Below, piece after piece: positions 23,182-36,276 of a stretch of 64,000 nucleotides of DNA. The stretch's first letter is position 1. Every line of letters starts with the position of its first letter. This stretch comes from Squalus acanthias (taxonomy: Eukaryota), in NCBI GenBank assembly GCA_030390025.1, contig CM059433.1, positions 9,860,001 through 9,924,000 on the forward strand, given 5' to 3'. The notes beneath the pieces are model-generated. The model was not told the origin of the DNA. It ran no database searches and was given only the letters and a program-made list of their open reading frames with translations. Made by a program: the position numbers and the translations under genes.

Positions 23182-26100
23182 GGAACATAGGAACAGGAGG
23201 AGGCCATTCAGCCCCTCGAGCCTGTTCCACCATTCAATGAGATCATGGCTGATCTGTGACCTAACTCCGTATACCTGCCTTTGCCCCGTATCCCTTAATA
23301 CCATTGGTTAACAGAAATCTATCAATCTCAGATTTAAAATTAACAATTGGCCTAGCATCAATTGCTGTTTGCGGAAGAGAGTTCCAAACTTCTACCACCC
23401 TTTGTGTGTAGAAGTGTTTCCGAATTTCACTCCTGAAAGGTCTGGCTCTAATTTTTAGACTCTGCCCCCTAGTCCCAGTCTCCCCAACCAGTGGAAATAG
23501 TTTCTCTCTCTACCCCATCAGTTCCCCTTAATATCTTGAAAACTTCGATCAAATCACCCCTTAACCGTCTAAATTCCAGGAACACAACCCTAGTTTGTGT
23601 AATCTCTCCTCATAATTTAACCCTTGGAGTCGAGGTATCATTCTGGTAAATCTACCCTCCAAGGCCAATATATGCTTCTTACGGTGTGGTGCCCAGGACT
23701 GCTCACAGTACTCCAGGTGTGGTCTAACCAGGGCTTTGTATAGCTGCAGCATAACTTCTACCCCCTTGTATTCTAGTCCTCTAGATATAAAGGCCAACAT
23801 TCCATTAGCCTTTTTGGTTATTTTCAGTGCCTGTCCATGACATTTTAATGATCTATGTACCTGGACCTCCAAGTTTCTTTGGACCTCCACTGTTTCTAAC
23901 TTTTCACCATTTAGAAAGTACCCTGTTCTATCCTTTTTAGGTCCAAAGTGGATATCCTCACATTTACCTACATTGAAATCCATTTGCCACAGTTTTGCCC
24001 ATTCACTTAATCTGTCGATATCCCTTTGTAATTTTATGCTTCCATCTACACTGCTTACAATGCCGCCTATCTTTGTGTCATCGTCAAATTTGGATATGTA
24101 GCTTTCTATCGATTCATCTAAGTCTTTAATAAATATATTGAATAGTTGAGGCCCCAACACAGATCCCTGTGGGATGCCACTAGTCACATCCTGCCCATTA
24201 GCGTACCTGCCCATTATCCCTACTCTCTGTCTCCTGCCGCTCAGCCAATCTCCTAACCAGGTCAATAATTTGCCTTCAATTCCATGAGCTTCAACTTTAG
24301 CTAAGAGTCTCTTATGAGAGACTTTATCAAATTCCTTCTGTAAGTCCATATAAATAACATTCATAGACATTCCCCTGTCCGCTATTTTAGCGCCCTCTTC
24401 AAAAAATTCAATCAGGTTCGTCAGGCATGACCTGCCCTTTACAAATCCATGCTGGCTCTCTCTGATCAGCTGAAAATTTTCAAGGTGTTCAGTCACTCTA
24501 TCCTTAATTATAGACTAGCAATTTCCTGACAACAGATGTTAGACTAACTGGTCTATAATTCCCTGGTTTCCCTCTCTCACCATTCTTAAATAGCGGAGTG
24601 ACATGCGCAATTTTCTAATCTAAAGGAACAGTTCCTGAATCGAGAGAACTTTGGAAGGTTGTAATTAGGGCATCTGCAATGTACTCACCTACTTCCTTTA
24701 AATCCCTGGGGTGGAAACCATCTGGTTCTGGGGATTTGTCACTCTTTAGTGCCATTATTTTCTTCATTACAGTTATTTGCTTACGTTAATTTTGGTGAGG
24801 TCCCCGTCCCTGATTCATTATTAATTTTCTTGGGATGTCCGGCATTCTATCCTCTTCCTCTACTGTAAATACTGACGCAAAGTAATTATTGAACATGTCC
24901 GCCATTTTCTTATTTTCATTGACAGTGTCACCGTTATTAGTTTTCAAGGGGCTCACATTGCTCCTGACCGCCCTCTTTTTCCTAATATAATTGTAAAAAA
25001 AAATTCTGTTGATTTTGATATCCTTTGCAAGTTTCTTTTCATACTAATTTTTTGTAGCTCTTACTGTCTGTTTTGTCACCTTTTGTTGTTCTTTGTATTT
25101 CTCCCAGTTGCCAGAATCGGTGCTAGTTTTTGTATGCTTTTTCTTTTAGTTTTATGTTGTCCCTTACCTCTTTAGTCGTCCATGGCTTTTTTTTTTGGCA
25201 AGTGGCGCTCTTACCCCTTAGGGATTTAAACTGGTTCTGTATCATATTAAATACATTTTTGAACACCTCCCACTGATCTTCTGTTGTTTTACCCTTTAAC
25301 AGATTTGCCCAGTTTACTGTGGACAGTCTCTGTCTCATCACATTGAAATCAGCCTTGGGAAATCTAGAATCTTAGTAGCTGTTTCGCGTTTCTCCCTTTC
25401 AAACACTATGTTGAACTCGATCATATTATGATCACTATTTGATAAATGTTCACGCACCGTTAGGCTGTTAACTAAATCTGGCTCATTACTCGTTACTAAA
25501 TCTGCCTGCCCCTTTGTTGGTTCTGGGACATATTGGGCTGGATTTTGATACTGGGGCGGGTTGGGGTCGTGTTATCCACTTTTCGTGTTATCCACCCGAC
25601 TGCAATTGGATGTGGGAGATTGCTGCAATTTTCACCTAATTGGGCAATTGAGTTCCAGCATGTGGGAACCCATGAACCAATTAATGTTTTCAGTCTGAAA
25701 GTCATCTCTGATGATGTCATCATTGCTGCTGCATTGAAGGTCTGCAAAGACTGCCTGGCCTTTGCTGTGAGAGGACCTGGATGCAAAATGAGCAGCAGCA
25801 GCCCTAAGTCTGCTCCCAGATATTTTTGCACCACCACTCCCAGATATGTCTCCAATTCACCGCCGCCAGCCGGCCAGCCAGATAGATGTGCTCCCACCAG
25901 GTTTCACATTCGTGGTTCAGAACAGGCGAGCTTCACGTAGAAAAAGGGTTAAAATCACAAAGGCCTTTCAAAATGGCATTATAGAGGCAATTTAGTGCTT
26001 GTTAAGGGCCTTAACAGCCTATCCCACCTCTTAGAGGCGGGACGGAGTCGGGACCAGCAGACACGATTTAATGAAAATTGCGTGGAGGCGGGCTTGTGCC

Positions 26101-26285
26101 CGCCCGCCAGTTTTCACAATTTTAACCCCCCACACGCCTCCAAACCCACCTCCGTGGGTCAATGAAAATCCAGCCCATTGTTGCAGAAAACTATCCAGAA
26201 CACGCTCAAAAAATTCACTGCCTTTCTGACATGAGCGAGTTTGCTTATTCCAATCTAGATGAAAGTTAAGATCCCCCATTAAAAC
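23182..26285 (-). mobile_element. Long CR1 LINE ORF2 remnant (endonuclease end, RT, 3' UTR) interrupted by a MITE
   Basis: MGDLNF..DSFLQQ|YVPEP, SQHGFVKGRSCLTNL, PQGSVLGPQLF and KFDDDTK; ORF 23561..24496. Confidence 0.95.
25535..26176 (+). mobile_element. Harbinger MITE related to 20841-22610
   Basis: TIR GGGCTGGATTTT / AAAATCCAGCCC; TSD ATT (25532-25534 and 26177-26179). Confidence 0.92.
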
Positions 26286-26632
26286 CACTCTGCCTGTTTA
26301 ACATCTCATTCGAAAGACTGCACCTCTGACAATGCAGCACTCCCTCAGTATTGCTGTTTGTGATGTATTGATAGTATAATTGTTTGAGCTGAATAATCAA
26401 CGAAGCTGCTATGGAAATGTATGGAGCTGCCTGTTTGTACATCCCACCCAATTTTCTTTTCTATTGACTTTAGTGGAAAGGAAGATCAGGTGGGGTGCAT
26501 AACAGGTTGTTGATCCGCAGCTGCTAGTTTTCTGATCCTGCTGAGATTGAAACTTACCCCCTATAAAAGCGGATCAATATTTCAGAGGAGAAAACTTTGA
26601 AGTTGTAGGTGGGCGATTGACCATACCAAGAA

Positions 26633-27200
26633 TTGTATGAAAGCCTTTTCACCATCTACAAGGCACAAGTCAAGAGTGTGATGGAATACTCTCCACTTGC
26701 CTGGATGAGTGCAGCTGCAACAACACTCAGGAAGCTCGACATCATCCAGGACAAAGCGGCACGCTTGACTGGCAGCCCATCCACCACCTTAAACGTTCAC
26801 TCCCTCCACCACCGGCGTACCGTGGCTGCAGTGTGTACCATCTACAAGATGCACTGCAGCAACTCGCCAAGGCTTCTTCGGCAGCACCTCCCAAGCTCGC
26901 GACCTCTTCCACCTAGAAGGACAAGGGCATCAGAGCATTGGGAACACCACCACCTCCAAGTTCCCCTCCAAGTCACACACCATCCTGACTTTGAAATATA
27001 TCGCCGATCCTTCATCGTCGCTGGGTCAAAATCCTGGAACTCCCTCCCTAACAGCACTGTGTGAGTACCTTCACCACACGGACTACAGTGGTTCAAGAAG
27101 GCGGCTCACCACCACCTTCTCAACGGCAATTAGGGATGGGCAATAAATGCTGGCCTTGCCAGCGACGCCCACAACCCATAAAAAAAACAAATAAAAAAAT
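26633..27200 (+). mobile_element. 3' fragment of a second LINE family (CR1 group, distinct from the HER1-like family)
   Basis: YKAQVKSVMEYSPLAW..KLDIIQDKAARL..LHHRRTVAAVC..WNSLP; 3' UTR GGGATGGGCAATAAATGCTGGCC. Confidence 0.85.
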
Positions 27201-27379
27201 CAATAAAAGTCTCTAGTGGATTAATGAATAAATGCACTAGCTGGTATGACAATGAACCACATAGACCAAGGATGCTCTCACATTTGACTCCTGACCTGTG
27301 CTGTGTGGTCTGATTACAGATGAGGTAACAGTTCGAACACCAGAATTGGCCTGAACACACCATGACAATGGATCAGAAG

Positions 27380-27700
27380 ATTTCCTGCACTGATCGCTAT
27401 CCAGTGATTCGTGCTAGAAAATGTGTGTGCATGCAACATCAGGCAAGGACAACATCAAACTTGACCGTGATGGCCCCAGTGGAAAAATAGTCTGCCCACA
27501 CTCTGGCCCTGATATTCCCTGGGGTTCTCCTGGTCTCCTCTCAAAGTTACAGCAGGAGACCATGACCAACCCCCCTCCCCCACAGAATTTCAGAACCCTT
27601 TGTCTCGGCTCACACATGAAAAATGTCCAATTGGTTGAGACACTGGAAGGTGTTGGGTGCCCATGGAACTGGACCCCAACCTTCTGGGGCAAGAGGAGAA
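27380..27700 (+). mobile_element. SINE-B fragment interrupted by a ~93-bp MITE (27505-27597)
   Basis: SINE homology on both sides; insert has imperfect inverted ends GGCCCTGATATTC / GAATTTCAGAACC. Confidence 0.6.
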
Positions 27701-28063
27701 AATTGGAGAGAGAAAAACAATAGTTTCACCAAGGAAAAATCGGCAAAAATGCCACCCCCATATAAAACCTTATATAGGCTGAGATGAAAATGACATGGGT
27801 TGTTCAACCTTCTGATTGGGATGGCCAGGCTCCTTCAGAAGAGTCTGGTACGTTTATAATTCTCTGTTGTGAAAATCCAATAGTCAATAACATACCACTT
27901 AGCCAACATGGTAATGGTACAATGATGTGCAGTCTGAAATAATCATAGTGCATAACAGACACCAGCTCAAACTCTTATTGATAATGGTCGCATATGTGAG
28001 ATACCAGAGAGTGACTGGTGCCTGTGGAACTGACACACAAGAAGTTAATTTCTTCAAGAGGTG

Positions 28064-28590
28064 GAGGGGATAAAATTGATGGAAAAGGAAGATGAACAGA
28101 TTAGTTTCTCTCAGATCCGCAGTAATATTGCACATTAAACCAGTGGTTAGAGTAGGTTGCTTTCCTGCTCAAAGCAGTGGTCAGAAATCAGCAATCTCTG
28201 GCTGCCAGCTCTGGAATGCAGCCTTTAAAGCTCCACCCTGTCCTGGCAAGGGCAGTCTGCACAGATTGGGCCAACATTTGCGATCGGAGGCTTCCCGCGG
28301 GCGGATGCCTCCGACCTGCAAAAAACGTCTCCGAATGTACCTGCTGGCCCGGGAGGTGTGGAGACTGGCGATCCTGGGCCTCTCCGGGTACCCGGGGGCA
28401 AGGTCCCCTTGTCCCAGGGGCGCTTGCGGTTCGTAGGCGCCCCGTGCTGTATGTACGGAACTCCAATAAGTATGACTGGGGATCACTTAAAAATACACCA
28501 ACACACAAAATACATTTTTTTTAAACATCACATATTTAAAATTAATTAAAATGCCATTTAATTAAATATTTTAAACAAAAATTCCTTCCT
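28064..28590. mobile_element. Partial GC-rich MITE(s) with an AT-rich core
   Basis: CGATCGGAGGCTTCC.. resembles the reverse complement of the 13150 end. Confidence 0.55.
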
Positions 28591-28852
28591 ATCCTGAAGG
28601 TGCTGGTTGATGCTAGGGAAAGTTCCAAGGGAACAAGCCAGCAGTGGTGGCAGGCTACTTGACTGTGAGAGGCATCACAACCAAATCTGATCTTGTTCTC
28701 ATTCACTGTTCACGCGTGTGAAATTTCCAGCAGGCAGTTACACAACAGTAGGTATCGTGGGTGATTTCCCCCTTCTTAGCCCAAGGGCAGTGAGGGACAT
28801 GTTGTCCTGGCTGAGATCCACTAACTCAGCACAAATGAGGGATCAAACTGGG

Positions 28853-29287
28853 AAAAAAGAAAGAAAAGACTTGCATTTCTATAGCACTTTTCACAACCAC
28901 CGGACATCTCAAAGCGCTTTACAGCCAATTAAGTACTTTTGAAGTGTAGTCACTGTTGTAATGTGGGAAACACGGCAGCCAATTTGTGCACAGCAAGCTC
29001 CCACAAACAGCAATGTGATAATGACCAGATAATCTGTTTTTGTTATGTTGGTTGAGGGATAAATATTGGCCAGGACACCAGGGATAACTCCCCTGCTCTT
29101 CTTCAAAATAGTGGCCATGGGATCTTTTACATCCACCTGAGAGAGCAGACAGGGCCTCGGTTTAAAGTCTCATCCGAAGACGGCACCTCCGACTGTGCAG
29201 CACTCCCTCAGCACTGCACTGGAGTGTCAGCCTAGTTTTATGTGCTCAAGTCCCTGGAGTGGGACTATGAACCCACAACCTTCTGAC
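28853..29287 (-). mobile_element. DeuSINE/SacSINE1-like tRNA-derived SINE with an L2-like tail
   Basis: Reverse complement is near-identical to 53770-54208; (TTTC)n tail. Confidence 0.9.
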
Positions 29288-29659
29288 CTTTATTGGTCTG
29301 TGTGACTCATTACTACAGTATACAATCTGTTTAACAACTGAGCCACAAGCACTCATTTGTAACAAGTGGTTGTCTATGCCGATAGATCAATAATGTCTTT
29401 TCCTATTGTACTTTGAAAAATACAAGGATGTTGGTTGTTCAATTCAAATGACACTTTAATCTAAAAACATCATGGCAACCTATTTTTAAAGGTATAACTT
29501 ATTTTTCACACATTTGCTTTACATTTCTTTATATCTTTAGTTATCTTTAGAAACAGTGGAGGAATTACAACTGGCCTCAAAGTTCACACGCTAGGTAATG
29601 GAAAAATCAGCCAAAGTTTCTGCTCCTGATCACTACTTAGCAACACTGCCAGAAGTATG

Positions 29660-30262
29660 TCATAGATAGGAAGGGAAGGCAGATGGGGAGAAGAGGAGGG
29701 AAACAGTAGAGAGAGGGGAGGCTCTCATTATCTGCCCTTAGGGATAGTGAGTGGGAGTGGTAGGGATTGGATGGAAGGTAAAGGGTGCAGTAAGTGGCAG
29801 GAGTGAAGGGAAGGAAGGAATACAAGGAATGAGCTGGTAGTTCAAAGATGAGGAGCTAGGGAAAGGGATGGGATTGAGAAGGGGTAGTGATGGGAGTGAG
29901 AACTGCTGCTGGAAGGGGAAGGGGTCGATGTAAAGTGAAGGCATAGGGGATACAATGGAATGGCCTCCGGGAAGCCTGAGTGATGAGGGAGGGGGGTGGG
30001 GTAGGAAGAAAGCTGCTGAGGACCGCATGTTCCCTGCAACCCCCACTAAAATGCAGCCTGCAGCTGTTGGAGACTCCATTCCCTGAAACACCACACCACA
30101 CCACCTGAAAGGAAAGAAGAAAAAAGATAAAGAGAGGAGCAAAAAGAAGAGTTAGGGAATGAGAAGCAGAAGAGAAGAGAAATAAAAGGACAGAAGTGAA
30201 AGAAGAGAGACGGAGAAAGAAATAGCAATGCCAAGACAGCAGAGACAGGCGAGAGAGAGAGA
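29660..30262. repeat. Purine-rich segment, diverged duplicate of 31830-32395
   Basis: Collinear shared blocks CTGAGG..CTGCARCTGTTGG..GGAAAGAAGAA..AGAAGAGTTAGGGA..GAGAAGCAGAAGAGAA. Confidence 0.65.
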
Positions 30263-30264
30263 CC

Positions 30265-30745
30265 ATGGGTGGGATTTTCAACGGCCGGCTGTTGCTCGCC
30301 TGAAAAATGGGCGACCTGCAGAAAACAATCTGGTGGGGACCTTGGGCACCCATTTGCCCTCTTGATTCAATTTTCAGGCATTTAGATGGGTGCCGAGCAG
30401 TCCAACCCAAAATAGGCAGGAGCCTGTGTCGATATGCAAATCACGGTCCTATGCATGTTGGCCCCAGTTTTCCCAGGTATTGAGCGACGTTACCAGCAGT
30501 CCTTAAAGAGAACCCTGGAGGCTCCCTTCAGAAAAGCTAAGCTTTTGCTTTTTTAAAAAAATATTATTATGGGGCCAGGAGGAGTATTCACGTTCCTCCT
30601 GGTCCCACAAAAATCTTCCAGTCAGCCGCTGGCATCAAACTAGCGAGCTGCAGAGGAGGCGAAAATGGTCAGTAATGGAACGGCCACCCATTATACATCC
30701 CGCATGGTTTTCCTTTCCAGCCCCCCACCAAAGTTGAATTTCACC
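30265..30745. mobile_element. GC-rich MITE-like element
   Basis: GGGTGGGATTTTCAAC start, GTTGAATTTCACC end, ATGCAAAT at 30434. Confidence 0.55.
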
Positions 30746-30840
30746 TCAGAATGCCTTTCCTCATCCTAATTTGATTTATTTTTTTTAAAAAAATGAAAAG
30801 TTGCATTTTGAAAACAAACAAAGCCTTCTCGGGAAAATGA

Positions 30841-31827
30841 ATAGAAACATAGAAACATAGAAAATAGGTACAGGAGTAGACCATTCGGTCCTTCAAGCCT
30901 GCACCGCCATTCAATGCGTTCATGGCTGAACATGCTACCTCAGTACCCCATTCCTGCTTTCTCGCCATATCCCTTGATCCCCTTAGTTGTGAGTGTTATA
31001 TCTAACTCCCTTTTGAATATATTTAGCGAACTGGCCTCAACAACCTTCTGTGGAAGAGAATTCCATAGATTCACCACTCTCTGGGTGAAGAAGTTCCTCC
31101 TCAGCTCAGTCCTAAATGGCTTCCCCTTAATCCTTAGACTGTGACCCCTGGTTCTAGTTTTCCCTACCATTGGGAACATTCTGCCCGCATCTAATTTGTC
31201 TAAACCAGTCAGGATTTTAAATGTCTCTATAAGATCCCCCCTCATTCTTCTGAACTCCAGAGGATACAAGTTCAGTTGACCCAATCTTTCTTGATATGTC
31301 AGTCCGGCCATCCCAGGAATCAATCTAGTGAACCTTCGCTGCACTCCCTCAATAGCAAGAATGTCCTTCCTTAAGTTAGGAGACCAAAACTGCGCACAAT
31401 ACTCCAGGTGTGGCCTCACCAAGGCCCTGTACAACTGTAGCATCACCTCCCTACTCCTGTACTCAAATCCCCTTGCTATGAAGGCCATCATTCCGTTTGC
31501 TTTCTTGACTGCCTGCTGCACTTGCATTCCCACCTTCAGTGACTGATGTACCATGACGCCCAGGTCTCGTTGCACGTCCCCTTTCCCTAATCTGCCACCA
31601 TTCAGGTAATAGTCCACCTCTCTATTTTTACCACCAAAGTGGATAACCTCACATTTATCCACATTGTACTTCATCTGCCATACATTTGCCCATTCACCCA
31701 ACCTGTCCAAGTCACTCTGTAGCCTCCTAGCATCCTCCTCATTGTTCACACTGCCTCCCAATTTAGTGTCATCCGCAAATTTGGAGATATTACATTTAAT
31801 CCCTTCGTCCAAATCATTAATATATAA
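30841..31827 (-). mobile_element. Young CR1 LINE, 5'-truncated, with an uninterrupted ORF2 C-terminal third
   Basis: ORF 30940..31887 is open from YINDLDEG through KFADDTK to the stop; (ATAGAAAC)n tail. Confidence 0.97.
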
Positions 31828-32915
31828 TGTATAGGAGGGGGAAATAATGGCATAGAAGAAAGGAACCGGTTGGGAGCAAGGGTGCATCTGGCCTCACATA
31901 ATGCACTTCAGGGGAGTAAGTGGGAGTGGATGGAGGGTTAGGGGTGAAGTGAGTGACAACAGAGCAAAGGATCAGGAGGATACAAAGATTGAGTGCATAC
32001 TTCAAAGGGAAAGAGATTGGCATATAGATGGGAGTGAGGGGATGGTAGGAAGAGGAGAGATTGTGAAAAAGTGAAGGGGTCGGGGAACACAATGGAAATG
32101 AGGGAATGGAGGAAACACAACTAATGGAGGGGGCGGGGAGGGGAAAGCAACCACTGAGGGTCACATTTTCCCATGACCTCTACCGAAAATAGAGACTGCA
32201 ACTGTTGGTGGCTCCTTTTCTTGCCACACTGAGCCCTCTGACAGGAAAGAAGAACAGATTAAGAAAAACAGAGTGAAGCAGAAGACCAAAGGAGAAGCAG
32301 CCAGAAGAGTTAGGGACAGAGAAGCAGAAGAGAAAGTGAGAGGCAGAAACAGAAGAGGAGGGACAGAGAAAAGTAATGACAATAGAAACTGTTATGAAAA
32401 AGACCATATTCTCCAATTTACCATGTGCAAGGCCGTGGGAGAACCATTAACTTCTATTAAAATTGCCACTTTCTATCACACACAGTAACAGAACAATCAG
32501 CCATAGAAAAAAAGAGAGAAAAGATTTGATTTTAAAAATGAACCAAGAACATATATGAATTGGGAAAAGTTTTTTTTTAGCTATCTGACAAGCTCCTTCC
32601 ATAGACTGTATGCAATTTGCATATTGAAGGACTCCACTGAAACTAAGCTCCTAAAGCTATTAAATTGGTACGGATAAAATTTCCAAGAAGACAAAACCCT
32701 GTTAAATTTTCCCTGACCCCCGAACCTAATCCAACAAAACTCCAGAATACCAATCCAAAGTCACAGTCTACATTATTCAACTTTAACTAGTTGCAAAGCA
32801 AATCCATGATCCCAGCAGTACAGGCGCCATAGTGCTGGGTAGAGTATTTGATCATTTGCATTTATTCTTATCCTTAGATGCTTCACTGGATAAGATATAA
32901 CAGCTTTACATATAA

Positions 32916-33369
32916 GGGCAACACGGTGGCATAGTGGTTAGCACTGGTGCCTCACAGCGCCAGAGACCCGGGTTCGAATCTGGCCTCGGGTGACTGTCTG
33001 TGTGGAGTTTGCACATTCTCCCCGTGTCTGCGTGGGTTTCCTCCGGGTGCTCCGGTTTCCTCCCACAGTCCAAAAATGTGCGGGTTAGGTGATTTGGCTA
33101 TGATAAATTGACCCTTAGTGTTAGGGGGGATTAAATATGTGGGGTTATAGGGATAGGATGGGATATGTTAGGGGGAATTAAATATGTGGGGTTACGGGGA
33201 TAGGGTGGGATATGTGTCGGTGCAGGCTCGATGGGGATTCTGTGTGAGGGGGCAGGGACAGGGTACTGGATTTGGATGATCAGCCATGATCGTATTGAAT
33301 GGTGGAGCAGGCTCGACGGGCCGAATGGCCTACTCCTGCTCCTAGTTTCTATGTTTCTATGTTTCTATG
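32916..33369 (+). mobile_element. HE1-like V-SINE (tRNA head, V-domain) ending in a CR1-type 3' tail
   Basis: A box TGGCATAGTGG; B box GGTTCGAATCT; V-core TGTGTGGAGTTTGCACATTCTCCCCGTGTCTGCGTGGGTTTCCTCCGGGTGCTCCGGTTTCCTCCCACA; (GTTTCTAT)n tail; internal ~47-bp tandem duplication. Confidence 0.92.
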
Positions 33370-33529
33370 GAAGGTAGCCATGTTAAAGCGGGAGGGTCCA
33401 CTGTATATCTTAGTGTGGGAGTTATCAATTTATTGTGCCATTGTCAGTGTTAAAAGCTCTTGTTCTTCTGTACACTCTCCCTACTTTGAATCCATCATGC
33501 CGTGACAGCACGATGAAAGTAAGTTACAG

Positions 33530-33900
33530 TTCATGTGATCGGCACCCCATCCACTAGCCTAAACATCCACTCCCTTCACCACTGGCGTACCGTGGCTGCA
33601 GTGTGTACTAACCACAGGACACACTGCAGCAACTCACCAAGGCTTCTTCCATAGCACCTCTTAAACCCGCGACCTGCATCACCTAGAAGGACAAGGGCAG
33701 CAGGTGCATGGCAACACCATCACCTCCAAGTCCTGGATGTGCATCGTTTTTCCTTTATTGTCTCTGGGTCAAATCATGGAACTCCCTATCCAACAGCAGT
33801 GTGGGAGCACCTATACTACATGGACTGCAGAGGTTCAAGAAGCTTCACCACCACCTTCTCAAGAATGCCAACGCCCACAGCCTGAAAATGATTTTTTTTT
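33530..33900 (+). mobile_element. Second-family LINE 3' fragment, internally deleted
   Basis: Homologous to 26770-27180. Confidence 0.8.
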
Positions 33901-34998
33901 AAACCCCAGTGGCGTAAAGAAGTGTGTGGGTCTTGATTTAAAACCAAGTTAATTGTTAATTACTTTCGTGATCCACATTGAATTAAACAAGACAGCAAAT
34001 ATCTTGGTAACACACTTGCCTTCTGATCATGTCATTAGCAGTTTACAGATAATTCTGATTTGTTTTTCTTTCCTGTTGTCACTTGGCAAATGGGAAGATG
34101 TACGTGCCAAGTGAAGTTGCTATGGACTCCACTCAGGTGTGGCAGTAACCAGATCATTGAACTGGCGTTATAATACCGTAAGAATATTGGCATTGGCACG
34201 TAATAAATAGGTGCTTGTCTTAAGGCTGAAGGAGTCTGATCTTTTCCATGTGTCCCAGGCAATGATGGTTACCACACTGGCATTTTCATTCAGTGTTTGA
34301 AACTGAATGATTTCCATTCCCTCCAACTCCTTGAAATTGAACTTAAGGGACTGTGGTATGCAGTAATATAAACACTGCAAAAAATGATCTGACACCCAGA
34401 GTAAGTCTTCTGGAGTCTCGCCAGACATTACTATAAACACAGTAAAACTGGGTGTCAGAATTTTCTATACATTTAGCCTGATGTGCAACTCCTGACAGTG
34501 AACACTTCACTCTCTGCTTAATGGTGTGTATCTATCAGCTGTAGCGATAAACCTCACTTCACAAAGAGTGCCACTAATAGTAACAACCCAAAATATTCTT
34601 GAAGAGCTGATACTTACAGGAGTTTTTGAGTCTACAAAAACTGCCTATTCTGCATTATTATGGAGTAAGATTGGGTGGCTGTTACAATTTATTCAATAGT
34701 GCTTATTCAAATTATTGAAAGAACTTTTTAGCAGGAGCTTCTCCAGTAGTGGTAAAAGTACCACTCTCCTGTTAATAAACCACCTAGAACAAGAAGATCA
34801 CAACTTTGCTCCTCATTCTGTGCTGAGTTAACTGATCTCAGCAAAGGGTGGACTGCAGCTCCAATATCGGGCCTCAATGCTCCCAGAAAGGTGAAACTGA
34901 AACTAGCCGCAGTTCTTGCCCCCGATTGCTGTTGAAGAGTGCGTCCGTGGACACGGACCCTGGTAAGGGACAGATGATGCTCGGCTGTGGTGCGCCCC

Positions 34999-35685
34999 AC
35001 AACAACAACTTGCATTTACAGGAAACTCTTTGGTATCCGGCACCGACGGGACCGGGATGGTGCCGGTTGATTAAAAATTCCGGATAACGGAGAGGTATAT
35101 CTACCGAGGCTATTTTTAACAAACAAAAATAAAAAAAATCAAGAAATGTGCAGTATAATTGGGTACTCCCCTACAGAATGTTGTTAAGTGGATGGTGGAA
35201 GATGCTTGATTAAGTACAGTACTGCCAGTTGAGGGTAATCCATAACTCTTTAATTACTTAACAGTAAAACAAAACTTATAAACGACTGTATACTGTAGTT
35301 TTCGGAGTATGAATTCTGCCGGTTATTAGAGAATTCCGGATATTTAGGTGCCGTTTAAACGAGAGTTTCCTGCATAGAGCGCCTTTTTTTGTATGACAAC
35401 ATCCCAAGGCACTTCACGGGAGCGATTATCAAACAAAATTTGACACCGAGCCACATAAGGAGACATTAGGACAGGAGACCAAATGCTTGGTCAAAGAGGT
35501 AGGTTTTAAGGAGCAAAATTAAAGGAGGAGAGAGAGGTAGCGAGGCGGAGAGGTTTAGGGAGGGAATTTCAGATCTTAGGACCCGGGCAGGTGAAGGCAC
35601 GGCCGCCAATGACAGAGCGATGACAATCAGGGATGTGCAAGAGGCCAAAATTGGAGGAGCGCAGAGATTTTGGAGGATTGTAGAG
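34999..35685 (-). mobile_element. L2 3' fragment inserted in a SINE-B copy and itself interrupted by a Tigger-like MITE
   Basis: (CAA)n tail at 34999-35010; reverse complement of 35375-35685 matches the L2 3' end (LKTYLFDQAF). Confidence 0.85.
35019..35372. mobile_element. Tc1/mariner (pogo/Tigger-like) MITE
   Basis: TIR CAGGAAACTCT-N8-CGGCACC at both ends; flanked by TA and CA (mutated TA) within the L2 tail TTTATATAGCGCC. Confidence 0.8.
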
Positions 35686-36276
35686 AATGGAATAGCCTGC
35701 TAGCATTCATTGCCAACGTTTACACGTGAAGAATGCCATGGTAGCAGAGGACGGCTAGTGCCTGTGGAACCATATCCCATCCTGAGGTAGCACTTTCAGA
35801 AGAGAGGGAGAGAGGTATTGAAATGATCCAGATATAATAGAATATATCAAAGGTGATTCGCTGCATTCTGTCATTTAGATCCTTATTCAGCACTGACTAA
35901 GGATTCTGACCAATTCCCTTTTGAATGATTTAAATGAGTCAGTATTTCATTTGCTAGGTGATTGAGTTAGCAGGCCAATAAGTTATTTGTCCTGATAAAG
36001 ATAGTTCTGTGTACCTCCCCTAAAGACGCCAAGGATAATTGCAAAGTATACAGAGCAGGACAGTCCCAGGTTTGATCCTGTTGCTATGCTGAGTTAGCTA
36101 GTCTCAGCCACATGAAGGTTTGAGCCGGTGAAGTGGTCAAGTGAGGTGAGAAACCAGACAGTTCCTTGCTTCTGATTACTATTGAGTGAGCGCTGCTGGA
36201 ATGGGCACCTTTTTGAATGTCAGGTAAAGACAGGATCAAAAGTTGCGATGGTCCCCATGGTCGAATAGTCCTCTGG

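Noticed and set aside
32916..32995. tRNA gene
   Set aside because: A and B boxes run directly into the V-SINE body and LINE tail; this is a SINE head. The same applies to 38940-39015, 48835-48920 and 53742-53810
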